From NCBI GenBank assembly GCA_963801355.1, contig CAWDEM010000008.1:32001-96000 (forward strand): DNA of 64,000 nucleotides. Reading direction: 5' to 3'. The notes below the pieces were generated by a model. It was not told the origin of the DNA, did no database searches, and was given only the letters and a program-made list of their open reading frames with translations. Both the position numbers and the translations under genes were made by a program. The DNA comes from Ignavibacteriota bacterium. GTDB lineage: Bacteria; Bacteroidota; Ignavibacteria; UBA10030; UBA6906. Positions 1 through 8,197 of this stretch are shown here, piece by piece (positions within the stretch are counted from its first letter, which is position 1; every line of letters begins with the position of its first letter).

Positions 1-1
1 C

Positions 2-3000
2 CTTCACAATGCCATCACAACACTGAATTCCGAATCTGCCATAAGCCTCTTCGCAGTTACTGGAAGCGGACGTATGCTCACAGGCTCCCTTCTTCGCACT
101 CTCTTCGGCGATGAAAACGTCTATATCGTAAATGAGATTATCGCGCATGCCAGCGGCGCCCTTTATTATGATAAGTCCGTCGATACAATCATCGAAATCG
201 GCGGGCAGGATTCCAAGTTTATCCGGCTCTCTGACGGTATCATCACCGACTTTGCCCTCAACGAAGCCTGCTCCGCCGGCACCGGCTCCTTCCTTGAGGA
301 ATTGTGCGAAAGGTTCGCCGGTTTCAATGACTTTCACAATCTCAGCTCGACCGCACTCAACAGCTCCGGGGGAGTTTCACTCGGCCAGCATTGCTCAGTC
401 TTTATCTCCGATGTTATTGAAAAAGCTGTCGCCTCCGGGTGCGGCACAGGCGCCATCGCGGTTGGATTGTTCGATTCCATAATCGCCAATTACATGAACC
501 GGGTTAAGAAAAACCGGCCGGTGGGGAAAAGAATATTTTGCCAGGGAATGCCATTCGCTATGGACGCCCTTGCTTGCGCGGCCGCACGCTATACAGGCAG
601 GGAGGTCACAATTCCCGCCAGCCCCGGTACGGTTGGGGCTCTCGGCGCCTCACTCCTGGCCAAAAAGAAACTGACGCTGAACAAAACAATATCTCTCGAT
701 ATCAATTCAGTGTTTAGTATAACCCAGTCAGGTAAAGATAACTTTATCTGCAAATCAAATGAGGGATGCTCTCAGAAAGGGAACAGATGCTCAATCGAAA
801 AAGTCATATTTCAGGATCGGCAAAAGTCGAATGAATATTACTGGGGGGGGGCATGCTCGCTATGGGAGAAGCAGAAGAAGGAAAGACTGCCCGCCGGCTT
901 TCCGAATCCATTCCTGGAAAGAGCCCTGCTAGTCGAAAGCACAAAAAAGAATCTTCCGTATCATAAGGGGGGGAAGTCCATAGCCCTTACCGACAAATTT
1001 CACCTTGTGGAATTGTTTCCTTTCTTTGCTTCATTCTTCTCTCGCCTTGGCTTCAATGTGGTTACCGAAGATGATGATTATGAATCCTTCCTCCGGAAAG
1101 GGAAGCAGAATGCCAATGTCACTCTCTGCTCCCCGGCTCTAATGTATACAGGGGAAATGCACTCCCTGTCTGAAAAGAATCCCGGCTATCTCTTTAATCC
1201 TGTATTTATCAATTCCCTCCATTGCTTCAATGATAAAGCAACTTCCGCGTGCCCCCTCATCCAGGGAAGCTCATATTTCATAAAGAACTCCCTCACAGGA
1301 AATACTGAGTGCAAAACACTCTCCCCTCTCTTCAGGATCGGCAGGGAGAATATCCATTCAAAGGAATTTTATGAAAGCTGTCTTGCGGTTTCTCAGTCGC
1401 TCGGAGTCGACAATACCCGCATGAGAAATGCTTTTGATTCCGCTATCAGAGCGCAGGAGGAATTTGCATCCCGGTGCCTCGAAGTCGGAAGATCCGCTCT
1501 GAAAGTCTGCAGGGATAGTCATATTCCCCCCGTCATCGTTCTCGGCAAAGTATACTCCATACATAATCCCTGGCTCAACTCAAACGTTCCAGCGTATCTC
1601 CGCGAACTCGGCGTCATTCCCATTCCAATGGACTGTATCGCATTTGAGAACAACTCCTCCGGCTTCTCCGGTGTCTATTGGGGCTATGCCCAGAGCGTTC
1701 TCAATGCTGCTGATCACATACGTAAGGATCCCGGCATCTACTCCGTTTTCTGCTCAAACTATTCCTGCGGCCCCGACAGTTTCCTCGAAAGCTACTACAA
1801 TTATATGATGAATGGCAAACCCTCCCTCATAATTGAAAATGACGGCGATCCCGGAAATATCGGAACAAAAATGAGACTCGAAATATTTCTGCACTGCGTA
1901 AGTGAATTCAGAAAATCATCCCGCGACAATATCCCTCCCGAGATGTCATCTGTCTTCGCAAAGGCGCGTGTTACGCTGAAGAGCATTGTGAAGACAAATG
2001 ATAAGATTCTACTGCCTTACATCGGCCACTCCTCCGGAATGGTTGCGGCCGCTCTACGAGGAAGCGGTATCGGGTGCGAAGCCCTCCCTCAACCCGATCA
2101 TGAAGCGTTTGCATATGGAAAAAGATTTACAAGCGGAAAGGAATGCATGCCGATGTCAGTTACACTTGGCAGCCTCCTCCGCTATATCTATGAGACCCCC
2201 TTCCTTCAGGAGAATTTCAAGATATACTATTTTATGCCAGGCAGCGAAGGCCCCTGCCGCTTCGGCAATTATAGCGTTCTCGATAAGCTAATCATCAACA
2301 ATCTGGGACTGCAGAGGCGCGTCTTTATCCTCTCAACCGCAGATAATGAGCTCTTTGATGGAATGCCCTCCGCCCTCGACGTACTTATTTATCTGGCGAT
2401 GATCAGCATCGACAATCTTGTCGCGTGTACCGACTATGTCCGCCCGGTGGAAAATGCAAAGGGTGAAACGGATAGGCTTTTTGATCACTACCACTCTCTT
2501 ATGATTAACAAACTTGAAAGCATTAATTGCTTTGATGTAAGTGATATGAAGCTGATGTATGAGATAGTCTCCGGTCATCTCTTCGGCTTTTCAACACTGT
2601 TCAGAGAAGTTGCCCGTGATCTTGCCCCCCTGATCAGTGGCAGAAAAGTAAAAACAGTCTCTCTTGACGGCGCCCTCTATGTCAGGCTCGATCCCTTTTC
2701 AAATCAGAATATTGCCCGGAAACTGGAAGAGAAGGGACTCAGAATCAAACGCGTTCCCTTTACCGAATGGATCGACTTCCTTAACCTTGCGAGGGAATCA
2801 GAATTGCCGTCAAGCCTGAAGAATATCCTGAAACAATATCTGAGGCACAGAATACGAACAGTTCCAACTTCAATACTCCATAAGAATGCGGGAGTTCCCA
2901 TATTTCCTGATCTGAGGAGTGAGATTAAAGAGATCTCTCCGTATATCGGATTTGATTCAATCGGCGAGGCGGTATTATCCGTTGGTGGTTCAATGGTTCA

Positions 3001-3220
3001 GCATAAGAAGAATGAAGTTGATGCTTTGCTCACTATCGGACCCTCGGAATGCCTCCAGTGCAAAGTTGCCGATTCAGTTACAAAGATCATGTCCGGTGAG
3101 AATAATATGATCAGTCGGTCGGTAGAGTATAACGGCGACCCTATGGACCAATCAGTAATCGATGAGTTTGTTTATGACCTCGAAAACTCTTCTGTCTGGC
3201 ATTCTGAAGGAACGAAATGA
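2..3220 (+). CDS. Acyl-CoA dehydratase activase-related protein (BadF/BadG/BcrA/BcrD ATPase domain plus DUF2229-like regions), 5'-partial
   Basis: The frame is open from base 2 (...FAVTGSGR-M). Motifs EIGGQDSK, NEACSAGTGSFLEE, QHCSVF, CGPDSF, GKECMP and GPCRFG are typical of these multidomain CoA-activase proteins. Confidence 0.85.
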   Translation, partial: LHNAITTLNSESAISLFAVTGSGRMLTGSLLRTLFGDENVYIVNEIIAHASGALYYDKSVDTIIEIGGQDSKFIRLSDGIITDFALNEACSAGTGSFLEELCERFAGFNDFHNLSSTALNSSGGVSLGQHCSVFISDVIEKAVASGCGTGAIAVGLFDSIIANYMNRVKKNRPVGKRIFCQGMPFAMDALACAAARYTGREVTIPASPGTVGALGASLLAKKKLTLNKTISLDINSVFSITQSGKDNFICKSNEGCSQKGNRCSIEKVIFQDRQKSNEYYWGGACSLWEKQKKERLPAGFPNPFLERALLVESTKKNLPYHKGGKSIALTDKFHLVELFPFFASFFSRLGFNVVTEDDDYESFLRKGKQNANVTLCSPALMYTGEMHSLSEKNPGYLFNPVFINSLHCFNDKATSACPLIQGSSYFIKNSLTGNTECKTLSPLFRIGRENIHSKEFYESCLAVSQSLGVDNTRMRNAFDSAIRAQEEFASRCLEVGRSALKVCRDSHIPPVIVLGKVYSIHNPWLNSNVPAYLRELGVIPIPMDCIAFENNSSGFSGVYWGYAQSVLNAADHIRKDPGIYSVFCSNYSCGPDSFLESYYNYMMNGKPSLIIENDGDPGNIGTKMRLEIFLHCVSEFRKSSRDNIPPEMSSVFAKARVTLKSIVKTNDKILLPYIGHSSGMVAAALRGSGIGCEALPQPDHEAFAYGKRFTSGKECMPMSVTLGSLLRYIYETPFLQENFKIYYFMPGSEGPCRFGNYSVLDKLIINNLGLQRRVFILSTADNELFDGMPSALDVLIYLAMISIDNLVACTDYVRPVENAKGETDRLFDHYHSLMINKLESINCFDVSDMKLMYEIVSGHLFGFSTLFREVARDLAPLISGRKVKTVSLDGALYVRLDPFSNQNIARKLEEKGLRIKRVPFTEWIDFLNLARESELPSSLKNILKQYLRHRIRTVPTSILHKNAGVPIFPDLRSEIKEISPYIGFDSIGEAVLSVGGSMVQHKKNEVDALLTIGPSECLQCKVADSVTKIMSGENNMISRSVEYNGDPMDQSVIDEFVYDLENSSVWHSEGTK

Positions 3221-3227
3221 ACGACCC

Positions 3228-3783
3228 CGTGGGGGGAGGTATTCCATCTGACCGTTGAAGTGCCAATATGTCGCTCTGGAAAGCATGGCCCACTTTCAGA
3301 GCAATCAAGATTGCCTTCCTTGCCGCCTTCCTTCGTTTGTTTTTCCTGGCCCTCGGGTCAAAACGAGATGTCCTCTCCAAAAACGCTCTGCTCAAGAAGG
3401 AAAACGAGATTCTGCTGCGGAGAGTTGGGAGGAAACGGGTTCATTTCCATACTGAATGTCTTGCATACAATCCCGTGTAGGTCAGAACAGGAGTGGAAGG
3501 GCCGAACTTGACCAGCATCATGGAACGGTTTGTCAGGACAGTGCGAAGAGAGGCGATGGACAATTTTCTGCTGACTGGCAGGAGTCAGGCTCAGAGGATT
3601 CTGGAGGAGTATGTCGCGTTGTATAATGGTCAGCGACCGCATTAGGGGCTTCAGCAACACATTCCGAAGCCGCGCGAACTGGAGAAGACTGGGGGTGCGG
3701 TCCGCAAGAATGCTGTTCTGGGTGGGCTACATCACCACTATTACAGACAGGCGGCGTAAGGGATGGAAGAAGTCCCCCTTACG
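3228..3783 (+). mobile_element. Degraded, internally deleted IS-like element (integrase core/rve transposase pseudogene) with imperfect terminal inverted repeats
   Basis: 3268-3759 reads ...NALLKKENEILLRR... then, through stops at 3478 and 3643, MERFVRTVRREAMDNF...ILEEYVALYNGQRPH*GLQQHIP...VLGGLHHHYYRQAA. Ends are CGTGGGGGGAGGTATTCCATC (3228-3248) and GATGGAAGAAGTCCCCCTTACG (3762-3783). Confidence 0.8.
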
Positions 3784-3829
3784 CGCTACTTCGTACGCGG
3801 ATGGAGTCTTGAAGAGGCGCAAGCCCGAA

Positions 3830-4108
3830 CTACTCCGTCAATTGGACGCGGATCTTCATGCCAAGAGCGTTGGCATATTTTTCGAGAGTGGATAAGCGAA
3901 TGTCTTCGGCGTGGTTCTCAATTCTCGAGATGGCAGATTTCTTGGTTCGGAGTTTGCGGGCGATGGTCTCTTGAGTCACTCCTGCCTGCTCACGGGCTTG
4001 ACGCAACATGACACTGAACTCAAAGGCGCGATATCCAGACTCAAAGTCTTTCGCGAATCTCGGGTTCTTCTGTTTGCGGCGTTCGATATATTTCTCAACA
4101 TCGCTCAT
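3830..4108 (-). CDS. XRE/HTH_3 antitoxin (HigA-like)
   Basis: LRQAREQAGVTQETIARKLRTKKSAISRIEN helix-turn-helix; its start overlaps the toxin stop (ATGA). Confidence 0.85.
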   Translation of the reverse strand: MSDVEKYIERRKQKNPRFAKDFESGYRAFEFSVMLRQAREQAGVTQETIARKLRTKKSAISRIENHAEDIRLSTLEKYANALGMKIRVQLTE

Positions 4109-4460
4109 GATCTTTCTCTCCTCTGCAAATAATTCAGTCTTCGTGCCTCAGCGAGTGCAATTTCTCGAGGGGGCGTTTTCTGCTGCTTCTTCGTGAAGGC
4201 GTTGGTCACAATCAAAAGTGTAGGACCATCGAAGAATCCTAAGAATCTATAGCTCTTTCCTCCGATCTGTGATCGGATTTCCCAAAGATGCTCAGTTCCA
4301 ACGAGCTTCTTTAAGAACTGTTCGGGGATCCGGTCAAGTCTCTCGACAACACGCATCACCCAAGCGACCTTCTGAGCATGCTTATCAGACAGGGAATCGG
4401 GAAAAATGCCTCAACAGGAGACCTGTTGTTTTCGGTCCGATAGAACTGAATGGATCGCAT
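4105..4460 (-). pseudogene. RelE/HigB-like (Gp49/DUF891) toxin with a frameshift near codon 20
   Basis: MRSIQFYRTENNRSPVEAFF, then a frame change at GCATTTTTCCCGAT (~4398-4409), to DSLSDKHAQKVAWVMRVVERL...LWEIR...YRFLGF...NAFTKKQQKTPPREIALA. Confidence 0.8.
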
Positions 4461-4568
4461 GGAACCAAGTTAACGTATTTGTGAACATGTGTCAAGGTGC
4501 TTCAAGGATGATTGCGGGCGGTCACCAGACCATTTCACGTCCGGATCACCGTAATCTGTGTCTCCCTT

Positions 4569-4662
4569 CGGAACTTACTGTAGACAGATTGTGAGCGATC
4601 TGTGTAATTCAATGCTCTCCATGTAATTCAAATCTGCCCTCATTTCACGCGATTCCGAGATT
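4569..4662 (+). repeat. Dispersed non-coding repeat R1 (att-arm-like)
   Basis: CTGTAGACAGATTGT...ATGCTCTCCATGTAATTCAAAT...CTGCCCTCATT...ATTCCGAGATT recurs at 30748-30843 and partially at 40535-40597. Confidence 0.8.
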
Positions 4663-4671
4663 ACCCCAATC

Positions 4672-4712
4672 TTCGGGATCAAGAGATCCCGGGTTCAAAT
4701 CCCGGCGCCCCA
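4672..4712 (+). other. 3' half of a tRNA-Pro(CGG); probable attachment-site (attR-like) duplicate
   Basis: TTCGGGA anticodon loop, TCAAG, AGATC, T-arm CCGGG-TTCAAAT-CCCGG and acceptor strand CGCCCC. There is no 5' acceptor strand or D-arm upstream. Confidence 0.75.
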
Positions 4713-4989
4713 GCGAAAAACGCCCCTATTTGGGTTCTGCAAATACGAATGTACCCGATTTGTGCGGTTTTCTTGCACTTCGTGCAGAATAATCGGTCAA
4801 TGATGACCTGTTTTCGCTGGGTATGACATGACGCTTGGCCCGGAACCAAGAGGTGCCGAGGCCAATTCCCGGGTCCCTGCCGAAGAGAGACAGTTTCAAA
4901 AGACTAATCGTCACAACTCTCAAACACGGAAAAGCAGCTTCCACAAAAGGAAGCCGCTTTTTTTTCTTCTTGACTTCCTGGTCGGTCCC

Positions 4990-5025
4990 TGTGCCTCTTC
5001 AATATTCCATCCGGTGCAAAATGCC
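4990..5025 (-). repeat. Transposon-end-like repeat (type B)
   Basis: The reverse complement GGCATTTTGCACCGGATGGAATATTGAAGAGGCACA matches copies at 3784, 17672, 27280 and 30914. Confidence 0.7.
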
Positions 5026-5161
5026 ATCGTGGATCATGAGTTGAGTGCGATGTTCTGTGCGATCATGGAATGATTCTTCCTCTGTCTCGAGAGAGGGCGG
5101 GCAGTCCGCGATGTTACCTATTGTCAACCGGCCATTCGAAGCCCTGGTGAAAGTGCGGCAT

Positions 5162-7840
5162 TCACCGGCGTGAATACACTTTGATGTCCAACCCTCCGGA
5201 TAGCACCTCCGCCGGGATAAGCAAGGAGCCATCCCGGCGTGGGGATATTTTCTTGCCATTGATCAGCGCGTAGTTCACCTCACCTGCTCTGTCGATCTCG
5301 AGCCTGATCCTGGACGAACGGAAACGCAGATCAGCTCTGCATCCGCCCTCGCCAGGAAACAATGCAGGGCGAACAACCAGGTCGCTCCCTTCAAAGGAGA
5401 GGCCGAGCCAGTGTCTCACCGCAAACAACGCCACCTCGGCCGATGCCCAGGGGACGATGCCCGCACCAGGGACCTGTGATCGTATCAGAGGAATCTCCTC
5501 GAACCAGGCTCCGGCACTTCCGCCCTCGACGTGCAGAAGCCAATCGAGTGAACGGCGGCTCCTGTCGTAGAGGCCGGCATCGTGTTGTGCACGGGCGATG
5601 GAAGCCGTTGCAAAACTCCATGGTCCGGGTTGATCCTGCTGGGAGCTGGAATGATACCGTTCATACCCGCCGAACTCCCAACGTGCATTCCAGATTTCTT
5701 CCAGCCGGTCAAGGGTCTTACGAGCCAATGCGGATTTAGGGTCTACAACCTGAAGCACGATCGGAAGAACAGAGCTCGCATCGGGATTCAGCCGGTGGAA
5801 CGCTTCAGTGGCGGCAGGATCGTCTCTCCTGAGATCGGACAGCTGACCTGGGATGAAGTCCGCGACCGAGCCGTCGATATTCCTCCGCTTTATGAGACTT
5901 CCCCGGTCCACCAGTGATCGTGACGGATGATCAAGCATCGCGTGTTGAAACACGTCTGCCTCTGATCTCCAGAAGGCTGCTTTTTCCGGTACTCCCAGGT
6001 GACGCGACAGTTCGGCAGCGTCTCTCAGACCGCGTACCATGAACGTCTGGTACGCCAACTCATACCCGTCCTCGAAGGTGCGTTCCCAGTACTCACGCCG
6101 GTTGTGCACCATCCCCGTCGAATCGCGGAATCGGGCCTGAAGAGGCCGTTCGATCATGGCAATGATTCTTGCGCGGTGTTCTGAGATGAGCAGGCTATCG
6201 CCGGTCCAATCGCGGTAGGCCTTCAGAGCGTGTATCAGTTCGCCCATTTGATCGAATTCTTCGCGATCCGGGTTGTCGAACGCGCCTGAAGAAATCAACG
6301 TACCCTGGATTGAGACAAGATCGGTGAGAATGAGGGCCAGTAGTGCCCGGGCCGATTCGAAGTGGCCGGCATGGATCAATCCGAGAGCAACGTTTGAGCC
6401 ATCGCGTACCCATTGATCGCCGTATTCGAAATTGCCTGCGTCCATCTTCCCATCCGACCCGACCATTCCGGGGAGCGCGAATCGTGCATGGTCGAACAGA
6501 TCCTTGACGAGGGAGTCTCGTGTGGCAATGGAGCCCGTCTGGTCCCAGTACCTGCGTGTTTTCTCGATCTCGCGCCCAATCTGGGAAACCTTCATCTCCG
6601 CAAGCGCGTCAAAGAGCTTCTGCACTCCCGTTTTCACTTCAGGCTCCTCAGGCGCCGGGCCAGGCAAAAAACACCGTACCCGAACTCCCGCCCAACCCAG
6701 GAGCTCGGCGAACTCGATCCGTATGTTGTAGGTTTTGCCTGACTCAAGCACAATATCTCCTGTTCGCCGTACGTTTCGGGAATTCTCCCAGCAGTTGATA
6801 AGAAGCGTGTCGCCGACATACAGGCGGGCTCTCTCGTCAGCCACCAGGGAGAATCGATGCCGGCCGCTCCTCAAAGGGAGGAGTGACCCCGTCCATCGGA
6901 CCGAAAAGGAATCAGCGCGGACTCCTTCTGCTGGCGAGGCGGTACCCCAGGATGGACAGAAGTTGGTGTCTACGCGAACGACTACCGGGGTACCATGGAG
7001 ATCGGGATTGTTAAAGTATTCTCCCTTCAAACCTATGAGTCCACTCGTCTGCCTCTCCGGACGCAGAAGACCAGGTGCCAGCGGCCGGTCGTCACCGCAC
7101 TCCTGCTCGTAGGAGTACCCCGCGGCAGGGATGCGCGTAGCAAGAAGTGTCGTCTCGGCGACCTGGCTGCCAGGAGCAATGCAGATCGGAAGCGATTCTA
7201 TATACCCATGTCTTTCGTCGACAATCGCAGAGGCCTGTCCAACGAATCCAATTCCAAAAGCGACGTTCTCAGCGATCCCGACAAGCATGGACTCATGCGC
7301 AAAAAAGCGGCCTGGCGGGAGGGAGAGTCGGAGTCGAACTGTATCCGGCCCCGCAAGGTCTTTCCCTGTCAGGGTAATGTTCCGGACAAATGTATTCGAG
7401 CCTTCCAACGCTGTAAACGATTCCGTGACCTTGATGCCTCCAGCCCACCAGTGGGCCTCCACCGAAGGGATACCATCGTGATATCTCCAATGCACGTTGG
7501 TGGTACGTCCGAGTGCGGTGAAGGGAACTCCCCGTAGGACGACTTCAAGCGCGCTTGCTGAACAGGCCTTTCCCGGAGTGTAGTTAAAGGCCCTTCCTTT
7601 CCTGAGCGTCTGGCAGGGTTTGTTCGCGTCAAAGAGCATGTATGTGACTGCGGGTTGCAGACCGGATTTGTCAGACTGGAGTATGAGCTTTGCATTGCCG
7701 CTTCGGAGCATGAAATACTCTCGTCCAGTTACGAACGAATTCAGGAAATCATCATTGACCTGACCTGACCCTCGAGCAGCCATGGTCAGCAAGAGGATGA
7801 CACAGAGCGATAGGCCACGTAAAGCAGAGAAAGGATGCAT
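5162..7840 (-). CDS. Secreted (alpha/alpha)6 glycoside hydrolase (GH15/debranching-like) with an inserted PA14 domain
   Basis: Signal peptide; PA14 motif GLKGEYFNN...DSFSVRWTG...ADERARLYV; YGDQWVRDGS and six-hairpin-like C-terminal half. Confidence 0.75.
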   Translation of the reverse strand: MHPFSALRGLSLCVILLLTMAARGSGQVNDDFLNSFVTGREYFMLRSGNAKLILQSDKSGLQPAVTYMLFDANKPCQTLRKGRAFNYTPGKACSASALEVVLRGVPFTALGRTTNVHWRYHDGIPSVEAHWWAGGIKVTESFTALEGSNTFVRNITLTGKDLAGPDTVRLRLSLPPGRFFAHESMLVGIAENVAFGIGFVGQASAIVDERHGYIESLPICIAPGSQVAETTLLATRIPAAGYSYEQECGDDRPLAPGLLRPERQTSGLIGLKGEYFNNPDLHGTPVVVRVDTNFCPSWGTASPAEGVRADSFSVRWTGSLLPLRSGRHRFSLVADERARLYVGDTLLINCWENSRNVRRTGDIVLESGKTYNIRIEFAELLGWAGVRVRCFLPGPAPEEPEVKTGVQKLFDALAEMKVSQIGREIEKTRRYWDQTGSIATRDSLVKDLFDHARFALPGMVGSDGKMDAGNFEYGDQWVRDGSNVALGLIHAGHFESARALLALILTDLVSIQGTLISSGAFDNPDREEFDQMGELIHALKAYRDWTGDSLLISEHRARIIAMIERPLQARFRDSTGMVHNRREYWERTFEDGYELAYQTFMVRGLRDAAELSRHLGVPEKAAFWRSEADVFQHAMLDHPSRSLVDRGSLIKRRNIDGSVADFIPGQLSDLRRDDPAATEAFHRLNPDASSVLPIVLQVVDPKSALARKTLDRLEEIWNARWEFGGYERYHSSSQQDQPGPWSFATASIARAQHDAGLYDRSRRSLDWLLHVEGGSAGAWFEEIPLIRSQVPGAGIVPWASAEVALFAVRHWLGLSFEGSDLVVRPALFPGEGGCRADLRFRSSRIRLEIDRAGEVNYALINGKKISPRRDGSLLIPAEVLSGGLDIKVYSRR

Positions 7841-7953
7841 TGTCTCTCACCTTCCTGGAGATTGTATCTCGTCACATCACCGTTTTGGCGGGATCGGTAG
7901 AAGAAGTTCTATAAATGTACACAATGTCTTTGTCAGATTCTACGGCTGGGAGG

Positions 7954-7975
7954 GATGGAATGAGTCCCCCTTGCG
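7954..7975 (+). repeat. Orphan transposon-end-like repeat (type A)
   Basis: GATGGAATGAGTCCCCCTTGCG compared with GATGGAAGAAGTCCCCCTTACG at 3762 and 17710. Confidence 0.65.
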
Positions 7976-8050
7976 GGACAATTCCTACACGATCTTTCAG
8001 TATTTGTCCTACAGATATTTGACAATTCTTAGCGTATATTGCAGTAAAGG

Positions 8051-8137
8051 TTACAGAGGTCGGATGTGGGACTCACGCGCCGGATCTGGAAGCGCACCTG
8101 ATCTTTGCCTCCATCTGCACTCCCTCCTCAAGCGCGG
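8051..8137 (+). ncRNA. Candidate structured 5' leader element, copy A, upstream of the hybrid sensor kinase
   Basis: 73 of 88 aligned positions are identical to the reverse complement of 39933-40020. It begins 10 nt after TATATT (8035-8040). Confidence 0.55.
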
Positions 8138-8197
8138 CATCAGTTCTCCACACAGCCAAGCAAAGCCTCGCATGTGCCAACTCCGAGGAGGGGGGGC

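Noticed and set aside
843-851. G9 tract in the CoA-activase gene as a phase-variation site
   Set aside because: It is in frame and encodes the expected WGGAC motif, with no sign of disruption.
4640-4715. Complete tRNA-Pro gene
   Set aside because: Only the anticodon loop onward is present, with no 5' acceptor strand or D-arm, so it is reported as a fragment.
8019-8040. TTGACA/TATATT as a canonical promoter for the HTCS
   Set aside because: The spacing is only 10 bp. Only the -10-like box is supported, by its conservation with copy B.
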